From positions 709,857-773,856 of the forward strand of contig CBDFLQ010000005.1 in NCBI GenBank assembly GCA_965249275.1: a DNA stretch of 64,000 nucleotides, written 5' to 3'. Below are positions 37,916 through 47,609 of the stretch, in pieces. The DNA comes from Dehalococcoidia bacterium. Its GTDB lineage: Bacteria > Chloroflexota > Dehalococcoidia > Plut-88900. Both the position numbers and the translations under genes were made by a program. How positions within the stretch are numbered: the stretch's first letter is position 1; every line of letters begins with the position of its first letter. The notes below the pieces were generated by a model. It had not been told where the DNA came from. It saw nothing but the letters and a program-made list of their open reading frames with translations, and did no database searches.

Positions 37916-38803
37916 ATGGCTACAAAGCTCAAAGGCGTACACTGGATGCTGGCTACGCCGTTCAACGAAGACGAAACGGTGGACGAGGCGAGCATCCCGA
38001 ACCTTGTCGGAAAGGCGCGGGAGTCGGGGTGTGAGGGTGTGGTGGCGCTGGGTGTAATGGGAGAAGCACACCGCTTGACTGACGCTGAGGGGAGGGGGGT
38101 GGCAGAGGCCGTGATCTCGGCGGCGAACGGGATGCCGGTGACGCTGGGAACGTCTGGGCCGAGCACGATGGTTGCGATAGCGCGGACCCGGGAAGCCAAG
38201 GAGATGGGCGCAGCTGCGGTTATGGTCGCGCCTCCGCCGATGCCCAAGACCAACCTGGAAGCCGTATACGCTCATTACTACCGGTTGGCCGAGGCAGTAG
38301 ACATCGACTTAGTGGTGCAGGACTATCCGAAGACCACGGGGGTACACATGCCGCCGGAGTTCTTCATGAGGCTGGCCGACAACATTCCGTCAGTACAATA
38401 CTGCAAGATCGAGGCGCCACCCACGCCGCCGAAGATTCGAGCGATAAAGGATCTAGCCGGCGACAGGCTGGCATTGTTCGGGGGGTTGGGCGGGCTGTTC
38501 CTGGTCGACGAGCTGGCGCAGGGGGCGTCGGGGGCGATGACGGGTTTCGCGTTCCCGGAGACGCTGGTGCGGATCTGCCGGCACATGGCGGAGGGTGAAA
38601 CGAAGGAAGCAGAAAAGCTTTTCTATCAGTGGCTGCCGATGGTCTTGTTCGAAGTGCAGGAGGGAATAGACCTGAGCATCCGGAAGAATGCTCTCCATTA
38701 CCGGGGGCTAATAGGGAATCCGGCGGTAAGGCATCCCGGGCCGAGGGCCGGTGAGGCGACCGTAAAGCAGCTGATAGAGCATATCGAACGGATGGAGTTT
38801 TAG
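37916..38803 (+). CDS. dihydrodipicolinate synthase family aldolase
   Basis: TPF, LG.MGE, QDYP, Schiff-base Lys in YCKIE and GAMTGF. Confidence 0.88.
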   Translation: MATKLKGVHWMLATPFNEDETVDEASIPNLVGKARESGCEGVVALGVMGEAHRLTDAEGRGVAEAVISAANGMPVTLGTSGPSTMVAIARTREAKEMGAAAVMVAPPPMPKTNLEAVYAHYYRLAEAVDIDLVVQDYPKTTGVHMPPEFFMRLADNIPSVQYCKIEAPPTPPKIRAIKDLAGDRLALFGGLGGLFLVDELAQGASGAMTGFAFPETLVRICRHMAEGETKEAEKLFYQWLPMVLFEVQEGIDLSIRKNALHYRGLIGNPAVRHPGPRAGEATVKQLIEHIERMEF

Positions 38804-38820
38804 ACAGTGCCACCATCGCG

Positions 38821-38939
38821 AGGCCTTTACGCAACTCACAGTACTAGACCACATTCGGAGGACCGCGTAGCAGCTTCCATGCCAAAAGCCCCACCCCAGA
38901 TTCCTCGCGGAGCCTCGGAATGACAATTGGCAAAGGTCT
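38821..38939. mobile_element. MITE-like element containing a REP
   Basis: Imperfect TIRs ggcctttacgcaa / ttggcaaaggtc, related to the ends at 44127/44274. Confidence 0.5.
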
Positions 38940-38957
38940 CATCGCGGAGGACCCGCA

Positions 38958-40505
38958 ATGAAGAAGCTGCGCTACGACGTGATAGTTGCGGGTGGGGGGT
39001 CGGCAGGGTGTGCGGCGGCAAATGTATTGTGCCGTGCCGGGCTGTCGGTGGCGTTGCTGGAAGCGGGGCCCGACTACGGGCCGAAGGCCGAGGGACGGTG
39101 GCCTAAAGACCTTCTCGATCCCCGGTTTGATCCAGACAGCCACGACTGGGGCTATTACGCGGAACGACTCGATGGGTCCAAGTTCATCGAGCTTCGAGCG
39201 AAGGTTATGGGCGGGTGCTCTTCCCACAACGATTGCGCGGCGATCTGGGGCGTGCCCCGGGACTACGATGCCTGGGCCGAGGCTGGCAACCCCGGCTGGA
39301 GATATGAAGACCTTTTCCCGCTGATACAACAGATTGAGGGTACGGCAGGGGACTCGGTGACGCCTTACAGGGGCACACAAGGGCCGTTGTATACGAAGAG
39401 GATGCAGGAAGAGGAGCTTTTGCTATACCAGCGGGCGTTTATAGAGGCGAGCCTTAACGAGGGTTTCGGTAGGGTGGTGGACATGGGCGGGCCGGAACCG
39501 GGCGAGGGCGTGGCCTCTTACCACGGAAACGTCAAGGATACGGAGCGCTGGAACGCGGCGTTTGCGTTTCTCGACCCGGTGCGGGACAACCCCAATCTGA
39601 CCATCTGGGACCACACGATGGTCGACAAGGTGGTAATTGAAGGGGCGAGGGCCGAGGCGTTGATCGTGAAGTCTCGGGGGGAAGATGTGGAGCTTCGGGC
39701 AGACACGATATTGCTCTCCACGGGGACCCACGGGACTCCGCCGATTTTGATGAGGTCGGGGGTGGGGCCGCGGGAAGTGCTGAAAGAGGTCGGAATCCCG
39801 GAGTCGGTGGTGATGGAGGGTGTCGGGCGCAACCTGCATGATCATCCGTCCTTCTATATCAGCTACAAACCGACAGACGAGGGTTGGGAGCGGGTGGTCC
39901 GGGACTTGGGAGAAGATAGCGTGTACCGGGGTCAGGTGATCCTACGGGCCCGGAGCCCCGTGTGCCAGGAAGACCTGCCCTTCGATCTGCACTTGCTGCC
40001 GAGTCAGGTGCCCAGGACGCTGGAGTCCCGCACCTTGCAAGGGTTCATCTGTCATATGGCGGCCCGGTCCCGGGGCCGGGTGTGGATTACGAGCCGGGAC
40101 CCGAATGCTGCCCCAAGAATCGCAACCAACTACCTGACCGACGAAGGGGGCCGGGACAAGGCTGCCCTGATATACGGACTCAGGCTTCTCCGCAGGGTTG
40201 CAGAGGCGGCGCCGATGTCCTCGCTTATCGAGAGCGAGGTTGAACCTTGGGGAAGCAAGCAGACCGACGAGGAGATAGTAGGCGAGCTTCAGGAGTCGAT
40301 AGTGAACTATAGCCATGCGTCAGGGACGTGCAAGATGGGGCCTGCCTCGGACCTGGGGGCGGTTGTAGATGCTGCGGGCAAGGTGCACGGGATGGAAAAC
40401 TTGTACGTCGCAGATGCCTCGATAATCCCGTTAATACCCTTGGCCAACACGAATCTGACGAGCATGCTGATTGGGATGAAGGTGGCCTCGGGGCTGGTGG
40501 GGTAG
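38958..40505 (+). CDS. GMC family oxidoreductase (choline dehydrogenase-like)
   Basis: GGGSAG, LEAG, GGCSSHN, VGRNLHDH, HASGTCKMG and ADASIIP...NTN. Confidence 0.93.
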   Translation: MKKLRYDVIVAGGGSAGCAAANVLCRAGLSVALLEAGPDYGPKAEGRWPKDLLDPRFDPDSHDWGYYAERLDGSKFIELRAKVMGGCSSHNDCAAIWGVPRDYDAWAEAGNPGWRYEDLFPLIQQIEGTAGDSVTPYRGTQGPLYTKRMQEEELLLYQRAFIEASLNEGFGRVVDMGGPEPGEGVASYHGNVKDTERWNAAFAFLDPVRDNPNLTIWDHTMVDKVVIEGARAEALIVKSRGEDVELRADTILLSTGTHGTPPILMRSGVGPREVLKEVGIPESVVMEGVGRNLHDHPSFYISYKPTDEGWERVVRDLGEDSVYRGQVILRARSPVCQEDLPFDLHLLPSQVPRTLESRTLQGFICHMAARSRGRVWITSRDPNAAPRIATNYLTDEGGRDKAALIYGLRLLRRVAEAAPMSSLIESEVEPWGSKQTDEEIVGELQESIVNYSHASGTCKMGPASDLGAVVDAAGKVHGMENLYVADASIIPLIPLANTNLTSMLIGMKVASGLVG

Positions 40506-40623
40506 GGGTGGACTTTACTTCAGCAAGTGCGGTTTGGGCGCATCGCTCATACTTCGATCCTCCTCATACGGACTTTCAGCGGGCTCCGCATGATCGGGTG
40601 GGTCTAGGCTTAGCCTAGCTAAA

Positions 40624-41718
40624 ATGGCAGTTGGGGACTTGGAAGAATCGAGGGTCGGGGGAGGGCTGCCACCCGTAACGCCGGATGAACAGGCCCGGCT
40701 GCTGGGGCCCGTTCTCAAAGGGACATCCCGGGCTTTCTATCTGACTCTTCGCATACTGCCAGGCAACCTCAGGACTCCGGTGGGACTTGCCTATTTGCTG
40801 GCGCGGACCGCGGACACGATAGCCGATACGAAGACCACCTCCGCGCAGGACAGGCTGGCCGCACTCCTCGACTTTCGGAGGCAAGTAGACGGGCCGGGGG
40901 ACTTAGGGGAGATCGAGGCACTGACACGGTCGGTTAGGGTGGAATCCTCGCTGAAGTCAGAGCAAGCGGAGAGAGAGTTGATCAGGTCGATGCCCAAGGT
41001 CATATCGATGCTTGAGGGTCTTGGGGAGATGGACCGGTTTCGGGTACGGCAGGTCGTCGTGACGTTGACCCAGGGGATGGAGATGGACCTGACGTATTTC
41101 CGCCAGGAAGGGGTGTCGGGCTTTGAGACGGCGGAGGAGATGGATGAATATACCTACCTGGTGGCGGGTTGCGTGGGACAGTTCTGGACCGAGATGAGCA
41201 TGGACCACAATCCTGGGCTCGGGGGCTGGGATGCCGGTGAGATGAGTGAGAAGGGGGGCAGGTTCGGCAAGGCGCTTCAGTTGACGAATATCCTACGGGA
41301 CGTGCCGAAGGACCTGCGTATGGGTCGGTGCTACCTGCCGAGGGAAGTGCTTGAAGGGTGCGGGCTCTCGGCGGGGGACTTGCTCGATGCCGGGGCGAGT
41401 GGCAAGGCGAGACCCGCGCTGGTGTGGGGCATCAACAGGGCCCTGGTCCACTATCAAGCCGCTGGGGAGTACCTTCACGCGATTCCGATAAGGCACTATC
41501 GACTCCGGTTGGCCGTGGCTTGGCCGTTGCTGATGGGACTGGGGACGTTGGCGGTGCTAGCGAAAAATGGAGAGTGGCTTGATCCATCGAGTAGAAGCAA
41601 GGTGAGTCGGGGGTGGGTGTATCGGATGATGGGGGTGTCGGGGGTGAGGGTGTTGTCCAACAGGTCGATAGCCGGTTGGGTAGAGCGGCTGAGGGGAGAG
41701 GTTGTGCGGTCGTTGTGA
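40624..41718 (+). CDS. squalene/phytoene synthase family protein
   Basis: SRAFYL, ARTADTIAD, YLVAGCVG and ALQLTNILRD..KD...GRCYLP. Confidence 0.9.
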   Translation: MAVGDLEESRVGGGLPPVTPDEQARLLGPVLKGTSRAFYLTLRILPGNLRTPVGLAYLLARTADTIADTKTTSAQDRLAALLDFRRQVDGPGDLGEIEALTRSVRVESSLKSEQAERELIRSMPKVISMLEGLGEMDRFRVRQVVVTLTQGMEMDLTYFRQEGVSGFETAEEMDEYTYLVAGCVGQFWTEMSMDHNPGLGGWDAGEMSEKGGRFGKALQLTNILRDVPKDLRMGRCYLPREVLEGCGLSAGDLLDAGASGKARPALVWGINRALVHYQAAGEYLHAIPIRHYRLRLAVAWPLLMGLGTLAVLAKNGEWLDPSSRSKVSRGWVYRMMGVSGVRVLSNRSIAGWVERLRGEVVRSL

Positions 41719-41741
41719 TGGAGATGGTTTGAAGATAGAAG
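41596..41741 (+). repeat. 146-bp direct repeat, left copy
   Basis: Matches 42596-42741 with 4 mismatches; period exactly 1000 bp. Confidence 0.95.
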
Positions 41742-41950
41742 TTCGAGAGAGTTGCGGACAAAATGGCGGGGCGGTTTTTGAGGGGGGGTGAGGGGAGAGT
41801 CCACGATGTAGTCCGGATATAGATCTCGAGGGTTCTACGGGATACCGACGCCTTCCATGCTCTACCAAGTTCACTCTTCAGTGAATTTATTGATCCTTCA
41901 ACAAGGCCCAAAGTCCTGATTATTGGTTGCTATAATGCTATCATATAGAC

Positions 41951-42190
41951 ATGGACAAGAGGCTATCGCAAATGAGGCGCAACCCCCGCAACGTCCGGTT
42001 TGACGACCTGCGGAAAGTCTGCGACCGTTACTTTGGAGAGCCGCGGCAAAGCGGAAGTCACCTGCTCTATCAAACGCCTTGGCGGGGCGATCCGATAGTG
42101 AACATTCAGTCCAGGGGAGGAATGGCAAAGGCGTACCAGGTCCGCCAAGTCCTGAAGGCAATAGACAAGCTGGAGGAGATTGATGACTGA
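41951..42190 (+). CDS. hicA: HicA family toxin
   Basis: NP.NVRF.DL, GSH and AKAYQVRQVL.AI. Confidence 0.88.
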   Translation: MDKRLSQMRRNPRNVRFDDLRKVCDRYFGEPRQSGSHLLYQTPWRGDPIVNIQSRGGMAKAYQVRQVLKAIDKLEEIDD

Positions 42191-42518
42191 TATTGCTGAC
42201 CGATACGCTTACCGAGTCGTTTGGTCTGAGGAGGACGAGGAATTCGTCGGGCTGTGTACCGAATTCGGGTCGATCAGCCACCTAGACAATACGCCGGAAA
42301 AGGCGTTCGCAGGTATTCGTGAACTGGTGGCCTTCTCTGTTCGGTGGCTGCGTGAGGAGGGCAAGCCGGTTCCCGAACCTCTGTTTACACGACGTTACAG
42401 TGGAACTCTCACGCTTCGCGTCCCCCCAGACACGCACCGCGCCCTCGCGATGGATGCTGCCGAAGCCGGGGTCAGCATGAACCGATTGGCCGTCGAACGT
42501 CTATCATTGCGGCGTTAG
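42183..42518 (+). CDS. hicB: HicB family antitoxin
   Basis: Y.V.WSEEDEEFVGLC.EF and YSG.L.LRVPP..HR.LA..A...GVS.N. Confidence 0.9.
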   Translation: MTDIADRYAYRVVWSEEDEEFVGLCTEFGSISHLDNTPEKAFAGIRELVAFSVRWLREEGKPVPEPLFTRRYSGTLTLRVPPDTHRALAMDAAEAGVSMNRLAVERLSLRR

Positions 42519-42595
42519 CAATTACGGGAAGCATAGGCAAGTTTTGGAGCCGAGAGTTTGGACAGGCGAGCGCGGCACAGTTCGGCGTATTGTTC

Positions 42596-42741
42596 AGCAA
42601 GGTGAGTCGGGGGTGGGTGTATCGGATGATGGGGGTGTCGGGGGTGAGGGTGTTGTCGAACAGGTCGATAGCCGGTTGGGTAGAGCGGCTGAGGGGCGAG
42701 GTTGTGCGGGCGTTGTGATGGAGAAGGTTTGAAGATAGAAG
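42596..42741 (+). repeat. 146-bp direct repeat, right copy
   Basis: Duplicate of the synthase 3' end plus the coxG RBS and start. Confidence 0.95.
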
Positions 42742-43181
42742 GCGCGTTGACGCTCGCGGGCTCGCCGGGAGAGGTTTGGACTGCCCTACACGATCCCGAC
42801 ACCTTGGCTCGTTCGATCCCCGCTTGCAAAGGCGTAGAGAGGGTTGATGATGAGGTATTCAGGGCGGTCTTCGAGGCGGATTTCGGAGGGATGAAGGGCA
42901 GTTACGAGGGAGAGATTCGATACTGTGAAGAGACGCCGGATTCGTATAGCCGGGTGCTGATCACGGGGGAGGGGCCTTTGGGGCCGGTGTCGGGGGACGG
43001 GGAGGTGTGGCTTTCACCGTCGGGGGAGGGAACGATGGTGAAGTATCAAGTCGAGGTGAAGTTGGGTGGGGGGTTGGGGTGGCTCGGGGGGCGGATGTTC
43101 GAGGGGGTGGCGAACAAGATGGCGGAGCGGTTCTTTGAGGGGGTGGGGAGGGGGCTCTCTTCCGCTCCACCCCACTTATAA
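42729..43181 (+). CDS. coxG: CoxG/SRPBCC family protein
   Basis: VW.AL.DP..LA..IP.C and G.L..LG.R...GVA.KM...FF; TTG start after GGAG. Confidence 0.85.
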   Translation: MKIEGALTLAGSPGEVWTALHDPDTLARSIPACKGVERVDDEVFRAVFEADFGGMKGSYEGEIRYCEETPDSYSRVLITGEGPLGPVSGDGEVWLSPSGEGTMVKYQVEVKLGGGLGWLGGRMFEGVANKMAERFFEGVGRGLSSAPPHL

Positions 43182-43309
43182 ACTGAAGCATCACTAATTG
43201 CGCCGTAATAAGTGATGCTTTCTAGCCGATGGGGGGGATGGATTCACGCCTTGGCGCACTTACAGTCTGCCTACACAGGAATGACCGAAGTGGGAAGTGC
43301 CGGTGCAGG

Positions 43310-43507
43310 CTAAGAAAGGGCTTCGGCGAAGTCCAGGTTGAAGAGGAACTTTTCGCCGGTCCATTCACCTTCGGCGATTTCGACTTCGTGGACGTACATG
43401 CTGTCGGCGTCCAGGAAGACGGTGTTGCCAGTGGTCTTGATGGTAAGCCCGCTGGGGCTCTTGAACTGCATGTCGGCCGCTATGCTGTCTTGCTCGGCGT
43501 ATGCCAT
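43310..43507 (-). CDS. small hypothetical protein (65 aa)
   Basis: MAYAEQDSIAADMQFKSPSG...; codon usage matches genuine (-) genes. Confidence 0.65.
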   Translation of the reverse strand: MAYAEQDSIAADMQFKSPSGLTIKTTGNTVFLDADSMYVHEVEIAEGEWTGEKFLFNLDFAEALS

Positions 43508-43721
43508 AGAAATCACCCGGGTTGGTAAAGGTTGAGCCGAAATGCAGGTCGTTACGGCTATCAGTCGATGTAATATATCGTAGAAGACGGGGGGCGGCAA
43601 GGGGAAGGGCAAGAACCCCCTCCTCCTTTATCCCCCTCTCCCTTAGGGCCCTCAAGGGAGAGGGGGAAGAATGAACAGGGGCGAGCGTCGGGGCATTGGA
43701 GTAAGGTTGGAGGAAAGAACG

Positions 43722-44060
43722 TTGACAACATTGACGCAGGAGCGGTGTGTGGCCTGTCGGAGAGATGCGCCTCATGTTACTGAAGAGGAGATCGCCGAGC
43801 TTCATCCGCAGGTGTCGGAATGGGAGTTGATAGACGAGGGGGGAATTCCCAAGCTGGATCGCACGTTCAAGTTTTCGAACTTCGGGGATGCTCTGGCGTT
43901 CACAGAAACCGTGGGGAGCGCGGCAGACGCCGAGGGTCACCACCCGAGACTGGTGACCGAGTGGGGCAAGGTGCGTGTGACCTGGTGGACGCACAAGATT
44001 CGGAACCTGCACCGCAACGACTTCATTATGGCCGCCAAGACGGACGGGTTGTACGGGTAG
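43722..44060 (+). CDS. phhB: pterin-4-alpha-carbinolamine dehydratase
   Basis: CVAC, F.F.NF..A..F, EGHHP, WWTH.I..L..NDFIMAAK. Confidence 0.93.
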   Translation: MTTLTQERCVACRRDAPHVTEEEIAELHPQVSEWELIDEGGIPKLDRTFKFSNFGDALAFTETVGSAADAEGHHPRLVTEWGKVRVTWWTHKIRNLHRNDFIMAAKTDGLYG

Positions 44061-44074
44061 GCGGTGTGAACCTG

Positions 44075-44291
44075 TCACCCTCACCCTAGCCTTCTTACGC
44101 CTCGGCGCACCTGCGACCTGGCAGGGGACCTTAGCGTAACTAGGCCGTAGAGGTCCGGAACACCCTCACTCTCCTCAGCGAGCCTACGGCCCTAGCCCTC
44201 TCCCATCGAGGGAAAGGGGATCAGACGGTACAGACCACCCCTCCGCCGCCTGGAATATGGGTTGTGCAAAGGTCACGCCAAGGGAGAGGGA
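44075..44291. repeat. nested REP/MITE composite
   Basis: A CCCTCACCCTAGCC..GGGAGAGGG REP is split by a TIR element (gaccttagcgtaac / gttgtgcaaaggtc) that itself contains a REP. Confidence 0.7.
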
Positions 44292-44354
44292 ATGTGACGA
44301 GCTCCGACTTCGTTTTATGAGACGTTGTGAGTGGGCTTCTCTATGGTTGCAAGG

Positions 44355-44780
44355 CTAGGAACGGGAGATGTCGGGTTTGCCTTTGGGGTTCTCCCAGAGT
44401 TCGATTAGGACGCCCTGCGCCTGCTTAGGGTGAATCCACCCGACTCGGAAGCCGTAGTCGTTGGAGCCGATGGGCTTGATGAGGTCGTAGCCTAGGGGTT
44501 TAAGCATCTCCAGGTCGGCGTCCAGGTTGTCGGACTCCAGGCAGATGTGGTGGAGGCCGTCGCCCCTTTTTCCGAGGTAACGTGCCACGCCACTGTCGTC
44601 ATTGATGACCTGGTTGACCTCGATCATGCTTTCGCCGATAGGGATGTTAAGGATGCGAACGTCTTCTTCGACGAGGTCGAACTCCCGGCCGGGTGTGAGA
44701 CCGAAGTGGTCGCAGTAGAGCTTCTTGGTCTCGTTGAGGTCTTTGACGAGGAGGCCGACGTGGTGCAGGCGGATGAACAT
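44355..44780 (-). CDS. VOC family protein (methylmalonyl-CoA epimerase-like)
   Basis: LHHVG, GLHHIC and HPK...GVLIEL. Confidence 0.88.
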   Translation of the reverse strand: MFIRLHHVGLLVKDLNETKKLYCDHFGLTPGREFDLVEEDVRILNIPIGESMIEVNQVINDDSGVARYLGKRGDGLHHICLESDNLDADLEMLKPLGYDLIKPIGSNDYGFRVGWIHPKQAQGVLIELWENPKGKPDISRS

Positions 44781-44810
44781 GTAGGAATTCTCCTATGTGT
44801 GAATGGGGGG

Positions 44811-45212
44811 TTAGTCAGGGATGACGGCGATGAGCTCAATCTCGAGTCGGGCGCTGGGGGGGATCAGGCCGGCGAGGATGCCGGTGCTGGCCATGGGCGA
44901 GGTGAGGTATGTCTGCATGACCTTGTAGACGGGGTCGAAGTCGTTGATGTGGGTCAGATAGACGTTGCGCTTGAGGACGTTGTCGAAAGACGTACCGGCC
45001 TCCTCGAGGATGGCCTTGAGGTTCTCCATGACCTGGGTGGCCTGCTGCTCTATACTGCCCATCTCGGGGGTGGAATGGGGGTTGCCGCCGACGTCCGGGG
45101 GGTTGGCGACCTGGCCGGTGATGAACAGGAAGCCGCCGGCCTTGGTGGCGTGACAGGTGGTGCTGGAAAAAGCCTTGCCGATCTTGGGTGAATTGACGAC
45201 CTCTTTCTTCAT
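44811..45212 (-). CDS. RidA/YjgF family protein
   Basis: LFITGQ, Q..QVMENL..IL..AG and LEIELIA. Confidence 0.9.
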   Translation of the reverse strand: MKKEVVNSPKIGKAFSSTTCHATKAGGFLFITGQVANPPDVGGNPHSTPEMGSIEQQATQVMENLKAILEEAGTSFDNVLKRNVYLTHINDFDPVYKVMQTYLTSPMASTGILAGLIPPSARLEIELIAVIPD

Positions 45213-45273
45213 GTCGGGGTCCTCCTGTGGGGTTGGGTGGGGACATTATAGCGCGAGGGTGGGGATTAACGGG

Positions 45274-45540
45274 TTAATCGAATAGGTCGGAGTGTGTACC
45301 AGTACGTACCAAAAGCAAGTCACCTTCTTCTCGAAACCAGATCAAAAGCCAATTCGGTTCGATATGGCATTCCCAATAATGAGACCTCCGACCGGACAAA
45401 CGGTGGGGCCTGTACCGTTCAGAGAGGGGCTCGCCTGACAAAAGCAGTTCTACTACCGCGCACAGTTTGTCGAGGGACTTGCCTCGCCTCTTTGCCCTGC
45501 TGGCGTCCCTTCTAAACTGCCTCGTTTGGAGAAGCCGCAT
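45274..45540 (-). CDS. yafQ: YafQ family mRNA interferase toxin
   Basis: F.RD, H.L.G, ECHIEPNWLLI and RTGTHSDLF. Confidence 0.93.
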   Translation of the reverse strand: MRLLQTRQFRRDASRAKRRGKSLDKLCAVVELLLSGEPLSERYRPHRLSGRRSHYWECHIEPNWLLIWFREEGDLLLVRTGTHSDLFD

Positions 45541-45804
45541 CTATGCTTGCTCGAGGCTTTCCTTAAACTCCTCGAGACTGGAGTATTCGATAAGGTCCTC
45601 TCGGTTCTCTGCTTGTCGCATTGCCTCGATTGTTACTGCGTTGGGAATCCTTACAGAAAAGGGAAGGCCATGGTGGATGGCAACCTGCTTGTAGAACAAA
45701 GTTATGGCCTCTGTGGTTGAGAGGCCGAGCTCAGAAAAGAGCTCTTCTGCACGTCGTTTCAGTTCCGGCTCCACGCGAGCACGAACCATTGCGGTTTTGG
45801 GCAT
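45541..45804 (-). CDS. dinJ: RelB/DinJ family antitoxin
   Basis: VRARV...LK..AE..F..LGL...AI.LF and GLPF.V.IPN..T..AM; palindrome gtgccccaattggggtac upstream (45827-45844). Confidence 0.92.
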   Translation of the reverse strand: MPKTAMVRARVEPELKRRAEELFSELGLSTTEAITLFYKQVAIHHGLPFSVRIPNAVTIEAMRQAENREDLIEYSSLEEFKESLEQA

Positions 45805-45996
45805 CACGCACCTCCTATACAGTTTAGTGCCCCAATTGGGGTACATTCCATTATAGCATCTTCAAAAGAGGGCGACCAATCATCTGGTGCAGGGAACATA
45901 GGAACATAAATGCCGGCCACTGTTGCCATACCTCACAGGCGGGATTAGGCTAGGCGGACATCACCAACGTACGCTGTGCATCGAAAGGAACACGTA

Positions 45997-47334
45997 ATGG
46001 GCTCTACTCCCCTTGATTCCGCTTTTTTCAAAGACCTGTTCGGCACCGACGAGATGCGGGCTATATTCGAGGAGCGCAACCAACTGCAGAGATGGCTGGA
46101 TGTCGAAGCAGCGCTGGCCCGGGTGGAGGGGCGCCTGGGGGTTGTTCCACAGGAAGCCGCGGACGCCATCGTTGCCCATTGCAACACCGATGAGATGAGC
46201 ATAGAGGCGATCAAGCGCGACATGGACGTGACGCGGCACCCGATTGTGCCGGTAATCAAGGAGCTTGAGCGGCACTGTCCGGGGGACTCGGGTGAATACA
46301 TTCACTGGGGCGCGACTACCCAGGACATCATGGACACGGGAGTAGTCCTGCAGCTGAAAGAGGCAATGCCGATCCTGATGCGCGACCTGGGCCGTGTGCA
46401 ACAGGCTTTGATTAACCTGGCAAAGGAGCATCGGGGGACGCTGATGGCGGGTCGGACGCACGGACAACAGGCGCTGCCGATCACATTCGGGTACAAGGTG
46501 GCAGTGTGGGCGGACGAGATGAGTCGGCACATTCAACGGATGAAGGAGTGCGAGCCCAGGCTGCTGGTGGGGCAGTTCAGCGGGGGAGCGGGGACGCTGT
46601 CATCGCTGGGGGGGCGGGCTTCGGAGGTGCGGGATGCGCTGATGGAGGAGCTGGGGCTCGGCAATCCTGTTATTACGTGGCACTCGGCGAGGGACAATCT
46701 CGTGGAGTTAGTGGTGGTGCTTTCCATGATAGCAGGCAGCCTGGCGAAAATGACCCATGAAGTCGTGCTGATGCAGCGAACCGAGATGGGCGAACTGGAG
46801 GAGAAGTTCGGGCCGGGGCAGGTGGGGAGCAGCACGATGCCTCAGAAGCGGAACCCGACCTGGTCGGAGCAGGTTATCGCAGTGGCTCGGACCATTCGCG
46901 GGCTGGCGGGCGTTGCGCTGGAGGGGCTGGAACACGAGGACGAACGAGACTCGGCGGTATGGCATAGCGAGTGGCACTTCATTTCTGAGGGGTGCATCCT
47001 AACCGCGGGCGTTCTGAACCTGTCCAGCGTGATTTTCGAGAACCTACAGGTGAAGCCTGAGCAGATGCGCCGGAACCTGGACCACAGCCGGGGGTTGATC
47101 ATGTCGGAGGCCGTGATGATCGGGCTGGCGGAGTCGCTGGGCCGGTTTACGGCGCACGACGTGGTCTACGAGGCGGCGCAGAAGGCGTTCGAAGAGGGTC
47201 GGTGGCTGAAGGAGCTGCTAATGGAGGATGAGAGGGTGACGAACGTTCTGTCGGAGGCCGAGATAGACCGGCTCCTGGACCCGGACTCCTACCTGGGGTT
47301 GGCTAAGGAATTCGTTGATCGGGTGGTGGGGTAG
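45997..47334 (+). CDS. adenylosuccinate lyase / class II fumarate-aspartase superfamily lyase (PurB or PcaB-like)
   Basis: HWGATTQD, GRTHGQQA.P.TFG and GSSTMPQKRNP. Confidence 0.88.
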   Translation: MGSTPLDSAFFKDLFGTDEMRAIFEERNQLQRWLDVEAALARVEGRLGVVPQEAADAIVAHCNTDEMSIEAIKRDMDVTRHPIVPVIKELERHCPGDSGEYIHWGATTQDIMDTGVVLQLKEAMPILMRDLGRVQQALINLAKEHRGTLMAGRTHGQQALPITFGYKVAVWADEMSRHIQRMKECEPRLLVGQFSGGAGTLSSLGGRASEVRDALMEELGLGNPVITWHSARDNLVELVVVLSMIAGSLAKMTHEVVLMQRTEMGELEEKFGPGQVGSSTMPQKRNPTWSEQVIAVARTIRGLAGVALEGLEHEDERDSAVWHSEWHFISEGCILTAGVLNLSSVIFENLQVKPEQMRRNLDHSRGLIMSEAVMIGLAESLGRFTAHDVVYEAAQKAFEEGRWLKELLMEDERVTNVLSEAEIDRLLDPDSYLGLAKEFVDRVVG

Positions 47335-47366
47335 GGGTAGGCGTGAGGGGCGTTTCCCTCGTACAG

Positions 47367-47579
47367 CTAGCTCAGAATGCTCAGTGCTAGCCGAATTTTC
47401 GGTATTTCCTGCCCGTCATCGAAATAGCACTCCACAGCTTCTCTAATGTTGCAGCGCAACTCATCAAGGGTGTCGGCCTCGGTGAGGATGCCATACTCCA
47501 AAGCACTGGCGGAGTAACCACCGTCGATTTCGTCCTCGGTTACTGCGAATGTAATGTCAGGTAAGTTGATTGGATTCAT
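47367..47579 (-). CDS. HicB-like small antitoxin (orphan)
   Basis: I.F.V.E...GGY.A.A...I.TEADT.DEL..NI.EAV.C.F. Confidence 0.75.
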   Translation of the reverse strand: MNPINLPDITFAVTEDEIDGGYSASALEYGILTEADTLDELRCNIREAVECYFDDGQEIPKIRLALSILS

Positions 47580-47609
47580 AATTTCACATAGAGGATTGTG
47601 TAAGGCAGG

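Noticed and set aside
45244-45860. cattatagc on both sides of dinJ-yafQ as a target duplication
   Set aside because: Better explained as TATAAT -10 boxes of two leftward promoters; the same word precedes other (-) genes
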